A DNA stretch of 64,000 nucleotides. Source: a virus. Below the pieces are notes generated by a model. It was not told the DNA's origin and searched no databases. It saw only the letters and a program-made list of their open reading frames with translations. The translations under genes were made by a program, and so were the position numbers. The stretch is taken from IMG/VR virus record IMGVR_UViG_3300024988_000006; one strand, given 5' to 3'. Positions within the stretch are counted from its first letter, which is position 1; every line of letters begins with the position of its first letter. Positions 38,542 to 48,551 of this stretch are shown here, in pieces.

Positions 38542-39072
38542 ATGGCAAAATCACTAAAACAATTATACGAAGACTCGGTTAACGACCTTCAAACAAGCAC
38601 GATTGCAGGATTTCCTGATACCAAAAAACGTCAAAACGTTACTGGTACTGTAGCTGTTAATAACATCAAATTCATCCCATACGAAGACTCTCGCTCATTA
38701 GAAGCACATGCTGACGTCACGAGTGCTGGTCATCGTTACCAAACAGCTATGCTTTTTAGAGAAGTTCAATACGAACCAAATGATTCACCTGATGTTGTAT
38801 CATTTACGGGTACGGACAGCACAGAACACCATATTTACGCTGTGTCAGCTGTGCTAAATGATGTCCAGGTACGCTGTACTTGTTTGGATTTTTATTTCAG
38901 ATTTGCTAACCAAGATTATCAAAATGATAGTTTGCTTGGTGCAGCTCCCCCACCCTATCGTCGCAAAACAACCACGAGACCGCCAGTGAACCCAACTAAT
39001 GCGGTTGGGATGTGCAAACATTTAATTAAGTTTGCGGATAAACTAAAAGATATGCAAATTATGGTCGATTAA
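38542..39072 (+). CDS. SWIM zinc-finger protein
   Basis: VRCTCLDF...GMCKHL (CxC...CxH). Confidence 0.7.
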   Translation: MAKSLKQLYEDSVNDLQTSTIAGFPDTKKRQNVTGTVAVNNIKFIPYEDSRSLEAHADVTSAGHRYQTAMLFREVQYEPNDSPDVVSFTGTDSTEHHIYAVSAVLNDVQVRCTCLDFYFRFANQDYQNDSLLGAAPPPYRRKTTTRPPVNPTNAVGMCKHLIKFADKLKDMQIMVD

Positions 39073-39776
39073 ACTTTGCGTTTAATCTTCAATTTTGGCA
39101 TTTGACGTTTAGGTTTTACAGTAATACCCATCGATTCCAACACTTGTTTTACCTTAACATCCTTTTCACCATCTTTGGTATTGGTCACTACTTCAGGTTC
39201 AATCTTTTTAACCTCTCCAGGTTCTTCAACTGTTTCTGTAACAACTTCTTTCTTTTCAGTCGCCTTTTTAGCAGCCTTACTAGCTCTAATAGCTTCAGTA
39301 ACAGCCTTATCCGCCAACTCACGAATACCACTTACACCTAATGATGGAAGTGTTGGCTTGGTAGAAAAAACATCCAAGCTTTCTTCTTTCGTTTTTTCCT
39401 CTGTTTCAGATTCTTCTTTTGAACCTTCTTTTTCTTTTTCTGTTGTCTTTTTAACAAAAGTAGTTGTAGGTTGAGCTGTAATTGTAGCGCTACCCACCAC
39501 ATTAACAACTCCCCTCATTGCTTTGAAATAATATCCGTTTGTTATAACTTCAATATAGCAGGGATATGCGGTACGTTCAATGTGTGACAGGACGGGTATC
39601 TTCGCTTCGTAGCTGTTACCCTCGATATTAACACATGGAAACATTAATAATGTTCCATTATTTAAATCTACCACCAACCGTACGATAGCATCGTCAGCAT
39701 CAGTTCCTTCAATAGATACCTGAAATTGTACGGTGTTTTCTTTTTGCTGATTAATAGATATGATGTGCTCGTCCAT
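39069..39776 (-). CDS. Hypothetical protein (beta-rich N-terminus, charged C-terminus)
   Basis: Intact 235-aa ORF with AAGGA SD. Confidence 0.55.
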   Translation of the reverse strand: MDEHIISINQQKENTVQFQVSIEGTDADDAIVRLVVDLNNGTLLMFPCVNIEGNSYEAKIPVLSHIERTAYPCYIEVITNGYYFKAMRGVVNVVGSATITAQPTTTFVKKTTEKEKEGSKEESETEEKTKEESLDVFSTKPTLPSLGVSGIRELADKAVTEAIRASKAAKKATEKKEVVTETVEEPGEVKKIEPEVVTNTKDGEKDVKVKQVLESMGITVKPKRQMPKLKIKRKV

Positions 39777-39799
39777 GTTTCATCCTTTTGATATATTTA

Positions 39800-40300
39800 T
39801 TACTTTTTTCTAAAACGAGTTACTGTTACCTTTATTTTGGTAACAACATTCCTAAATTTGGTTACAGCAACATTGATGCGTTGTTGCGTGGCATTAACAA
39901 AATTGAATGCTCGCACAATAATCTTGGCGCGACTTTTTGGTACCATAAACTCTCTGGTGTAAACATTATCGACTTCTGTAAACCCCTCCGTACCTTCGCC
40001 TAATTCAGGTTTCTTTTCACGCTTAAATATGACCTTAACTGTTACCTTTTCCAATGGTACTGGAGGGTTATAAGGTCTCATGAATGGTAAAACAGCCTTA
40101 TTGAGAGGTTGCATATTACCAGCAACTGGTTTGTATAAGTTTGCTATTTCACCAGGCATGTATGGGCGTGAGCCACCATCATAAGTAATCGGTGGGGCTA
40201 TTATGCATTCAATTTTAAGCCGAGACCAGCCAACTATCAAGGTGCAACATGCCGGGCCGCATGATAAACCCCTTGTCAGCATTCCCCCCATCGAATCCAT
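39800..40300 (-). CDS. Hypothetical protein
   Basis: Overlaps the stop of the upstream gene; no recognised motif. Confidence 0.45.
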   Translation of the reverse strand: MDSMGGMLTRGLSCGPACCTLIVGWSRLKIECIIAPPITYDGGSRPYMPGEIANLYKPVAGNMQPLNKAVLPFMRPYNPPVPLEKVTVKVIFKREKKPELGEGTEGFTEVDNVYTREFMVPKSRAKIIVRAFNFVNATQQRINVAVTKFRNVVTKIKVTVTRFRKK

Positions 40301-40893
40301 TACACAGGTACCCTTTCACACACTTCTGTTACACTAGGATTGCCGAGGCTATCTTTAAGATCAAATACTTTTAATACCGTTGTGCCATTATCGTCGTATA
40401 TTGTTAGTGTCATGGCTGTTTTATCAATCTTTGTACGGTTCGACTCATATTTAAGCAATGTGGATATCAAACCCAATGCAGTCGTCATATCAATGCGTAG
40501 TTGCTGAACATCAGCGTGTGTTTCGTTTTGATAAGCGCCCATCGTTCCTGCATTGATGTGGGCAGATGCAGGCTCATCCCAAACACCATCTACAATATCT
40601 TGCACTGTAAATGCACCAGTGCCAGCTGTTGCTTCTACTTTTGCAATACTATAACGCTCATTTGGAGGTAATGTGGAGCCACCATCCACACGCACCAAAT
40701 AATTTTTTGATGAGTCGTAGGTGGTAAAATCGTATGAGTAAAAACCATCGCTATTGCCAACAGTTACAGCAGCACTATTAACTACTAATGTATATGTAAT
40801 TGGTGCCCCTGGCACAACTTCCCATATTTTAATTGTTGGGGTTAATCCTGTAGCGGGTGTTCCACCGTACGTGAAATATGAATTTATAATCAT
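40300..40893 (-). CDS. Probable virion protein (Ig-like)
   Basis: GTPATGLTPTIKIWEV...GFYSYDF; GATAAATA late-like promoter at 40924-40931 (minus). Confidence 0.5.
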   Translation of the reverse strand: MIINSYFTYGGTPATGLTPTIKIWEVVPGAPITYTLVVNSAAVTVGNSDGFYSYDFTTYDSSKNYLVRVDGGSTLPPNERYSIAKVEATAGTGAFTVQDIVDGVWDEPASAHINAGTMGAYQNETHADVQQLRIDMTTALGLISTLLKYESNRTKIDKTAMTLTIYDDNGTTVLKVFDLKDSLGNPSVTEVCERVPV

Positions 40894-40933
40894 GTGAATC
40901 TCTCCAAAATGCGCTCTTTAGTTTATTTATCTT

Positions 40934-40954
40934 TATAAATAAGAAGTATAAATA
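40934..40954 (+). promoter_or_regulatory. Two tandem late promoters TATAAATA
   Basis: At 40934-40941 and 40947-40954, heading the fibre cluster. Confidence 0.65.
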
Positions 40955-40991
40955 AATTAAACCGCCAAAAAAGTAAATAGGATCAATATTA

Positions 40992-41360
40992 ATGAATTTT
41001 ATCTTGACACAACCAGCTGTATCGCTGACTGGAATACCAGGCACGATTTTAAAGGATATAAACCTGCCTGTCAGCACTTCCGTTGTGGTAGATTCAGTGC
41101 AATATGCATACAATACCTCCGTTAAATGGTTGGTTACAGTATTAGATCCAGTTGGTCATACTCTCATTTCATCGTACGAAGTTCTTGCCATCCATAAGAA
41201 TGGCACCAATCCAAAATTTACAAGATATGCCACGGTTGGTGACAGAATAACACACAACGTTGATGTTACTATTTCGGGTAACGATCTTCAACTACAAATA
41301 ACAAATAATGAAACAATTGGACTACAAGCCAATATAGTAAGAATACAAACGATAACATAA
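40992..41360 (+). CDS. Small virion/fibre-associated beta protein
   Basis: SVKWLVTV...SYEVLAIH..TRYA, paralogous to the C-terminus of the next gene. Confidence 0.55.
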   Translation: MNFILTQPAVSLTGIPGTILKDINLPVSTSVVVDSVQYAYNTSVKWLVTVLDPVGHTLISSYEVLAIHKNGTNPKFTRYATVGDRITHNVDVTISGNDLQLQITNNETIGLQANIVRIQTIT

Positions 41361-41394
41361 ATATTACAGCTAATATTCATTAAGGAGACATATC

Positions 41395-42468
41395 ATGGCT
41401 GAAGACTTTTTCCGTATATACCGCGGTCTAGAATTAGATGAAGCGGTTCAGATTTTAGAAGGCGCCGGCGTCCCTGGTGCGGCTGGTGATACGTCACTTG
41501 CCCCAGTAGGTTCGCAATATTTAAACACGACTGATGGTTCATTATGGACCAAAACAGCGGCAGGTGTTGGTACCAACAAATGGGAAGTTGTAGCAACAAA
41601 GAATTATGTTGATGCACAACTTAGTACAACCGTTTCCTGGCGCGAACCAGCTGTAGTTCGTGAAAATACTCTCACTTCCCTCCCAGCTAGCACCGTTGAT
41701 ACGGTTGATGGTCACACCATCGTTTCTGGCGACCGTGTATTATTCTCAGCGATTTCTGGTGGCGCTGGGCCCAACGTTTACATTGCTTCGGGCTCCACTG
41801 GTGCTTGGGTGTGGACAGAAGATGCTAATAATGAAACATCAGGTGACACATTATATGTTGAAAGTGGCACAAGTGCTGGCAAAACATTTACGTTCAATGG
41901 TACCGCTTGGGTACAAAGTGATCAAACCAGCCTTGACGAACTCGGCTACATTCGTGCCTTTATTGGCAAGGGGGCAGCCGGTCTCGAGACACCTAGTTAT
42001 ACTTCAGTAACTCAAGTTACACAAAATGGTACTTTAGAAGCCGCTATTGGGGAATTAGATGCCGCTATTGGGGCCAGTGTCGTTAATGGTACGGTCATCC
42101 TCGCCACTAATGCGACCAACGCAAACATTACAGCATTAGATGCCTACGTTGGTAATATGGCACTTGAAACAACCGCTAATAGTGTTACCACTACTGTTGT
42201 TGTTGATGGACCAGTTGTTACAACCGCATCCAAGTGGATAGTTCGTGCTGTTGACGCGGCCGATCCAACAAGCGTCTATGCAGCAGAAATTTTTGCCGTT
42301 CACAACGGTGTAGCGGTTGACAGCACTCGTTATGCTGTACTTAAACTTGGCTCAAATATTAATGGCTTGGTTATTGCTGTTACACTAACAGGCGGCAACG
42401 CGCTGAACTTGACAGTAACCTCTACAACCGCTGTGAATGTTACAGCTCGTCGTGTAACCGTGCTTTAA
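41395..42468 (+). CDS. Virion fibre/decoration protein
   Basis: APVGSQYLNTTDGSLW module, Thr/Ala/Gly-rich, LDAAIG coiled segments. Confidence 0.6.
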   Translation: MAEDFFRIYRGLELDEAVQILEGAGVPGAAGDTSLAPVGSQYLNTTDGSLWTKTAAGVGTNKWEVVATKNYVDAQLSTTVSWREPAVVRENTLTSLPASTVDTVDGHTIVSGDRVLFSAISGGAGPNVYIASGSTGAWVWTEDANNETSGDTLYVESGTSAGKTFTFNGTAWVQSDQTSLDELGYIRAFIGKGAAGLETPSYTSVTQVTQNGTLEAAIGELDAAIGASVVNGTVILATNATNANITALDAYVGNMALETTANSVTTTVVVDGPVVTTASKWIVRAVDAADPTSVYAAEIFAVHNGVAVDSTRYAVLKLGSNINGLVIAVTLTGGNALNLTVTSTTAVNVTARRVTVL

Positions 42469-42503
42469 TAATTAATATTTTATAATAATACAGGAGCTTT
42501 GTT

Positions 42504-45500
42504 TTGGCTATAATTGACGACGCATTTAGAGTAGATGCCTTGAGCATTCAAGACATCGTAGCCATATTTCAAGGCTCCGCCGATCCACGTACGGGAGTGG
42601 GGCAAGATGCTCCCGTGGGGTCCCTTTTTCTTGAAAGTACGACAGGTAAACTATATGTAAAAATAGGCACTGGCGTATTTGACTGGCAATCATTCGTATC
42701 TGGTGTTGGTATTAATGCCAACAACGCATCAACTGGATTGCTTACTGGTGGCGTTGTGTCGATTAATGCAGACCCAACAAAAATTAACATAGCCGCCGGC
42801 GTGGGCATTGTAGTAAACAACCATACTGACCCTATTAATCCAACAGCCCAAATAGTATCGTGGGCAAATATTACTGGTGTAACAGTTACTAATCTAGCAA
42901 CGGCAGACCGTTCAAGCATTGGCATCACCAGCATTGGTACTGTAACACAATCGCCGACATCTTTCTCTAATTCACAGCTTCGTGATTATGTTAAACTGGC
43001 TGATTTGGATCATGCAAACCGTACAAGTGTAAGCGCCCTTCGGAACACACCAAATGCAGCATTTGATGTTGGTGTTAGGTTACATGATTTGGCACACGCT
43101 ATTGGACCAATTAATGTGTCTGGTAACGTTTTTACTGCCAATGGCGCAAACTTAATCCTAAACAAGAGCGCTGGACAAACGTACATTGTTGGATCAAACT
43201 TTCAAACAGACAAAAGCGATCCTGATACCACTCTTGATGGTGCACTTGTTCCTGTTACGTTTAGATACAGCTACCGAGATGGTTCTGGTGGATGGATTAC
43301 CAGCTCTCCTGTAACTACAATTGACCCTAATTTGTGGGATGACGGTTCGGGTACACTCCAAGTTGTGCCAAATGGTAGATATTCAGCCCAACGAGTGATA
43401 TATTTTGGTGGCGCCAATGAAGTGCGTGTTCAGTACAGTCAAACAACATATTCAAACATTGATGCTGCACACAATAACGTAATTGACCCCAACTACATAT
43501 TAAATCCTGATTATTATGATGGTATAATCAGAGCCTATGTTATTGTAAAAAGTTCTACCACAGACTTAACCGATCCTGCCGCGTCTCTAATCATTGCCGG
43601 TTCTAAATTTGGCACTGAAAGTGGTGGTATTGTAACTAGCACCACTACTCTACAACAAGCTTACCTAAATTCAATAACACCAGAAATCACCACGATTACA
43701 GCACTAGGTGCCGTGACAATTAAAGAAGGATCTGGTGTTGGTGGAAACCTGTTTGAAGGTTACGACAGTGCCAACAATCTAGTGTTTTCAGTGGGAGTTA
43801 ACGGTAGTGTTACGTCTGGCTTAGTAAACGGGCGTGATGTTGCTACAGATGGTAGCACATTAGATGCCCATATTGCAGATTTCAACAACCCTCACCAAAC
43901 AAGCTTGCTTAACTTGGGTGATGTAGCCATTACTACACCTGTTGTGGGACAAGTGCTATCGTGGAATGGTACAAACTGGACGAACCAAACATTACCAGCA
44001 ACATTGAGTGATTCGGGTGCAAATGGTATCGTTGTTCGTACCGCACTCAACACCACGACAGCAAGAACATTAACAGCGCCAGCAGCCGGTTTAACAATCA
44101 CTAATCCGGACGGTGTTTCAGGCAATCCAACATTTGCATTAGCAAACGACTTAGCCGCTATAGAAGCATTGAACGGTACAGGATTGTACGCCCGCACAGC
44201 TACTGATACCTGGGCTGCTAGAACCATTACCGGTACAGCAAATACTATCACGGTTACAAATGGGGCAGGTACTGCAGGTAATCCTACAGTCACCATTGCT
44301 ACTAATCCTGTGTTGCCTGGAACAGAATCTGTTACACTACCATCTGGTAGCACAGCAGGTCGCCCCACTACACCTGTTGCTGGAATGTATCGTTTTAACA
44401 CAACAACACTTACGTCTGAAGTTTACAACGGTTCAGCATGGTTATCAACTTCAAACCAAGGCACAGTTACTTCTGTCGCTGCTAACGGTGGCACAACGGG
44501 ACTTACATTCACAGGTAGTCCAATTGTTGGTGCAGGCACCCTAACATTATCGGGCACCCTAACAACTGCAAATGGTGGCACAGGTTTATCAACAATTGGC
44601 ACAGCAAACCAAATACTTGGTGTAAATGCAGGAGCCACAGGTCTTGAATACAAAACTATTACAGCAGGAACTGGTATAAATCTTGTTGACGCTGCAAACT
44701 CTGTTACAATTTCCGCCACCAACAACGGTACTGTAACATCAGTTGGTTTATCCGCTCCATCTATCTTTACAACTAGTGGTTCGCCAGTTACTTCTACTGG
44801 TACACTAACACTCACTCTTGCCACTCAAGTTAAGAACACAGTATTTGCGGGGCCAGCGGCAGGAGCAGACGCTACCCCAACATTCCGCACACTATCACTA
44901 GTTAACAACGATGTATCTGACGTGTTAATAACAACCCCAACGAATGCACAGGTATTAACTTACAATTCTAGTACATCTAAGTGGATTAACAGCACCCAAA
45001 CAGCGACATCATACTCCACCGTAATAAGTGCATGGACGTTAGCTTCTGGAAATCAGTACTATGCCGATGTTGTGCATAACTTGGGCACATTTAATGTAGT
45101 AATTAGTTTGTTTAATGCAACAACTAATGCATTGATACAAGCCAATAGCATTGTATTAACCAACACCAACACCGCAAGAATTACGGTTACGGGCACACCC
45201 GCATATAACATTCGTTGTAGCATTATCGCAAACGGTACCACTATCGCGGCCGGCGGTAGCACACCAAGTTCTGTTATTGTTCAAAGCAACGGCGTGCCAC
45301 TAACTGGCACTTATACAACATTAAACGTTGACGGTGGGTTAAGTGTTGTTAATAGCGGGGGCGGCACTGCTACAATATCTACCGCCTCTTCCGTCCCATT
45401 GCGTGTGTTGTCATACTTTGCTACTAGCCTTGACTCACCCAACAATGCCGACTGGGTTATTAATGCACTAGCACCAACTGTGTCTGATCCAACGCGCCCA

Positions 45501-45890
45501 GCTATGAACGTTCGTCAGTTTTCTAATACCACTGAACAAGGTGTGGGTATGTATGTGCCTATTCCATCTGGCGCTACTTCGATGACTATATCGTACAGAG
45601 GGCGAACAACTACTGCCCCAGCCGCTGCTGCTGCATTGCAAATGAAACTGTATACACGAAACATTCCAAATAATGCTGCTGTCGGTTCGTGGACAGCAGG
45701 TACCAATTTAACAGCAGTTACTGTGCCAACCAATGCATACGTACAATATTACACACAAACAATTACATTGTCCTCATTAGCATTAACAGCTGGCAATTTG
45801 TATCAATTTGAATTGACACGTAATGTTGGTGTTGCAGGGAATTTAGCTTATAACTGGTTGATGAATGAGTTAACTCTTTCGTTCACGTAG
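42504..45890 (+). CDS. Long tail fibre-like protein
   Basis: 1128 aa, T/S/G/N-rich; GNPT repeats, GTVTSV repeats, GGTG, HNLG domain. Confidence 0.7.
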   Translation: MAIIDDAFRVDALSIQDIVAIFQGSADPRTGVGQDAPVGSLFLESTTGKLYVKIGTGVFDWQSFVSGVGINANNASTGLLTGGVVSINADPTKINIAAGVGIVVNNHTDPINPTAQIVSWANITGVTVTNLATADRSSIGITSIGTVTQSPTSFSNSQLRDYVKLADLDHANRTSVSALRNTPNAAFDVGVRLHDLAHAIGPINVSGNVFTANGANLILNKSAGQTYIVGSNFQTDKSDPDTTLDGALVPVTFRYSYRDGSGGWITSSPVTTIDPNLWDDGSGTLQVVPNGRYSAQRVIYFGGANEVRVQYSQTTYSNIDAAHNNVIDPNYILNPDYYDGIIRAYVIVKSSTTDLTDPAASLIIAGSKFGTESGGIVTSTTTLQQAYLNSITPEITTITALGAVTIKEGSGVGGNLFEGYDSANNLVFSVGVNGSVTSGLVNGRDVATDGSTLDAHIADFNNPHQTSLLNLGDVAITTPVVGQVLSWNGTNWTNQTLPATLSDSGANGIVVRTALNTTTARTLTAPAAGLTITNPDGVSGNPTFALANDLAAIEALNGTGLYARTATDTWAARTITGTANTITVTNGAGTAGNPTVTIATNPVLPGTESVTLPSGSTAGRPTTPVAGMYRFNTTTLTSEVYNGSAWLSTSNQGTVTSVAANGGTTGLTFTGSPIVGAGTLTLSGTLTTANGGTGLSTIGTANQILGVNAGATGLEYKTITAGTGINLVDAANSVTISATNNGTVTSVGLSAPSIFTTSGSPVTSTGTLTLTLATQVKNTVFAGPAAGADATPTFRTLSLVNNDVSDVLITTPTNAQVLTYNSSTSKWINSTQTATSYSTVISAWTLASGNQYYADVVHNLGTFNVVISLFNATTNALIQANSIVLTNTNTARITVTGTPAYNIRCSIIANGTTIAAGGSTPSSVIVQSNGVPLTGTYTTLNVDGGLSVVNSGGGTATISTASSVPLRVLSYFATSLDSPNNADWVINALAPTVSDPTRPAMNVRQFSNTTEQGVGMYVPIPSGATSMTISYRGRTTTAPAAAAALQMKLYTRNIPNNAAVGSWTAGTNLTAVTVPTNAYVQYYTQTITLSSLALTAGNLYQFELTRNVGVAGNLAYNWLMNELTLSFT

Positions 45891-45898
45891 GATATATT

Positions 45899-46612
45899 AT
45901 GGCTATAACGTCACCAGGCTCAGTTGATTATCATTTAGCAAGTCAAACAGGATTGTTAAGCATAAATGCTTTGCAACCTGTTACATTAATGGCTTGGATT
46001 AATGTGAATTGGAATATTGGTACTACGTTGAGTATCCTTGGTACATACAACACAGCTACCAGTGGTGGTACAGCCATACAAATTGGTACACGTGGTGGAA
46101 CAGATACGGGTAATGTTATTATTTGGACGTGGGGTGGCACTTATCTCGTGTCATCAGCAGGATTAGTCACACCCACAAGTAACGATTGGTGCCATGTTGC
46201 TTATACATACAACGGAACAACCCACAAATTATACATTAATGGACAATTTGCCAATTCATCCACTACAGCACAACAATCCGGCACAGTAACTGCAGTTTAT
46301 ATAAATGGTTACCCTACAGGCGGAACAAATGAAACTGGTAACTTTGCTGTTGATGATATTAACTACTTTGCGCGTGAACTATCAGCTGATGAAATTTTGA
46401 CTGCTTACTCAACTGGTGGTGATAAAGACGGTTTAGTATATCAGCGAGCTGCAAGCTATCTTTGTAAGGAAGGTGTGATTGGCAATGCCGCTACATCTAT
46501 TACGGATTTATCAGGTCTTTTGAATACATTAACACCCACCGGCACTGCAACTGGTGTTAACTTCACCTATTCTGTTAGCCCAATTAACCGTGACAGTCGG
46601 CCACCAATATAA
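45899..46612 (+). CDS. LamG/concanavalin A-like lectin domain protein
   Basis: TLMAWIN...WCHVAYTYNG..KLYING...VDDINYFARELSADEI. Confidence 0.85.
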   Translation: MAITSPGSVDYHLASQTGLLSINALQPVTLMAWINVNWNIGTTLSILGTYNTATSGGTAIQIGTRGGTDTGNVIIWTWGGTYLVSSAGLVTPTSNDWCHVAYTYNGTTHKLYINGQFANSSTTAQQSGTVTAVYINGYPTGGTNETGNFAVDDINYFARELSADEILTAYSTGGDKDGLVYQRAASYLCKEGVIGNAATSITDLSGLLNTLTPTGTATGVNFTYSVSPINRDSRPPI

Positions 46613-46634
46613 ATACTCAAAATAGGAAATATAA

Positions 46635-47378
46635 ATGTCAATACTTGTACTCGGCTCACATAGTTATCAACTTGTTCCAGATGTTAATGGAGATCCACTT
46701 ACTGTCTCTGTAGGTGGTACCATACCATCACTAACTTCGGGCGCTGGAACACCTGTAGCGGTACCAGCATATGGTGATGGTACTATGTATGTAGATACTA
46801 CTAATTATATTCTGTATATCTATAAAGGTGCCGTGTGGTCACAGGTAGGATCAACCCTTCCGTCCAATTTAATATATGTTTTGGATAAATCTACAACCGA
46901 TGCAACCATAACCGTTGCTGGTCCAACAAACACCTTTAGTTATGTGGTACCGGGTGGAACATTAAGCACCGATAAAGCACTAAGATTGAAAATGGCCGGA
47001 CGATGGTCAAATGCATCAGGTACCAGTCGCACTGCCACTATAGCAGTGTCTTACGGTGGTACTACCATGTGGGCCGATACTACATCCAACTTTGGTAAAG
47101 GTAGCTCGGGTGGTTGGAATCTTGAATTTGAGTTGCTGGCAAACAATTCGGTCACATCACAAAAGCTCGTTGGACATATTGAAATGGGTGGCACCGGAAC
47201 TACATCAACGGGTCAAGATGGTAATCTTGCTACCGATGAAATTTTAGCTACAGCTATATTGGTAGGTAACAACGCAGCCATTAATAGTGCGGTAAATCAA
47301 ACTTTTAATGTAACTGTTACATTCAGTGGTTCTGGTGTCACCTGGACTAAAAATTATCACACATTGGAGCTATTATAA
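46635..47378 (+). CDS. Short fibre/receptor-binding protein
   Basis: GDGTMYVDTTNYILYIYKGAVW module plus a beta-sandwich C-terminus; TATAAATA at 46608. Confidence 0.55.
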   Translation: MSILVLGSHSYQLVPDVNGDPLTVSVGGTIPSLTSGAGTPVAVPAYGDGTMYVDTTNYILYIYKGAVWSQVGSTLPSNLIYVLDKSTTDATITVAGPTNTFSYVVPGGTLSTDKALRLKMAGRWSNASGTSRTATIAVSYGGTTMWADTTSNFGKGSSGGWNLEFELLANNSVTSQKLVGHIEMGGTGTTSTGQDGNLATDEILATAILVGNNAAINSAVNQTFNVTVTFSGSGVTWTKNYHTLELL

Positions 47379-47932
47379 TGTCGTTATGTTTTAATAAAGT
47401 AACATGGGTTTGGCAAGAAGTAGCTGATCCAAACACTCTAACCCCCACAACCGACTGGATCGTTGATCCGGTTTATAGTGATTACAATGCTTGCATAGCG
47501 GTTGGGCCAGCACACTGGATTTATAGCGGAAACACTATTAGTCCTGACACAGCTGTTAATATATCTAATGCTGATTTGATTGATGCTAAAAATGATATGT
47601 GGGAGAAAATTAAAAACGAACGTGATAGAAGAAAAGCTGGTGGCGTACAGGTTGGTACAGATTGGTTTCACTCCGACGATAACTCACGCATACAACAACT
47701 CGGTTTGGTAATGTTTGGCACGAACATGCCATCTAACATTATGTGGAAGACAATGACTGGTACATTTGTCCAGATGACTCCAACATTAGCATCTCAAATT
47801 TTTAGTGCTGTTGCTAGCTCCGATATGACCATATTTGCAGTGGCTGAACAACACCGAACAAACATGGAAGCGAGTAGTGATCCAACATCATACAATTACC
47901 TGACCGGATGGCCGCTTATTTTTGGTGAATAA
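47378..47932 (+). CDS. Tail fibre assembly protein, DUF4376-like
   Basis: WEKIKNERDRRKAGGVQVGTDWFHSDDNSR...WKTMTG.FV; recalled family signature. Confidence 0.65.
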   Translation: MSLCFNKVTWVWQEVADPNTLTPTTDWIVDPVYSDYNACIAVGPAHWIYSGNTISPDTAVNISNADLIDAKNDMWEKIKNERDRRKAGGVQVGTDWFHSDDNSRIQQLGLVMFGTNMPSNIMWKTMTGTFVQMTPTLASQIFSAVASSDMTIFAVAEQHRTNMEASSDPTSYNYLTGWPLIFGE

Positions 47933-47974
47933 GTACTAGTTTAATAAATATGTGTATCAGTAGGAGTAATTATC

Positions 47975-48469
47975 ATGATCACTATTCAAGTAAGTGCAAC
48001 AAACCAAATCGGCGCTAGAATAATTAAGTTGGGTACGTGGTCATGGGCAAATCATGTCGACTTCGTTTTACCGGATGGTACATTGTTGGGTGCTTTAGCA
48101 GTGGATCCTTCGGGCAAAGTATCGAGGGATTATTTACGTAAGGGTGGTGTACAAATTCATCCCATGCCTCCACTAGCTCATTATTCACGTGTCGAACGAT
48201 ATGTTGTTGATGCTCCTGACTCCGTTCTGGATTTTGCAAAATCCCAAGTGGGAAAACCGTATGATTGGAAAGGCATTGCTGCATTTCTTTCACATAACCG
48301 AGATTGGCAGGATGATGATGCATGGTTCTGTAGCGAATTGGTTGCCTATTCATTTGCCCAAGCTGGTGTTCAATTATTACGAGATGTAGCTTACAGAATC
48401 ACACCCCGCGACATATTATTAAGCCCACTACTAAAATTTGTATCAATCCCACCCGAAGCGATCAAATAA
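47975..48469 (+). CDS. Permuted papain-like (NlpC/P60, YiiX/YebB-type) amidase
   Basis: NHVDFV (His first), GKPYDW, WFCSELV (Cys last), ITPRDI. Confidence 0.8.
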   Translation: MITIQVSATNQIGARIIKLGTWSWANHVDFVLPDGTLLGALAVDPSGKVSRDYLRKGGVQIHPMPPLAHYSRVERYVVDAPDSVLDFAKSQVGKPYDWKGIAAFLSHNRDWQDDDAWFCSELVAYSFAQAGVQLLRDVAYRITPRDILLSPLLKFVSIPPEAIK

Positions 48470-48551
48470 CTAAAGGTTGTGTGTAAAAACATTTAGCAAA
48501 CACAACATCTCATAAATATATAAAACTACCAGCTTTATATAGGAAAACATT

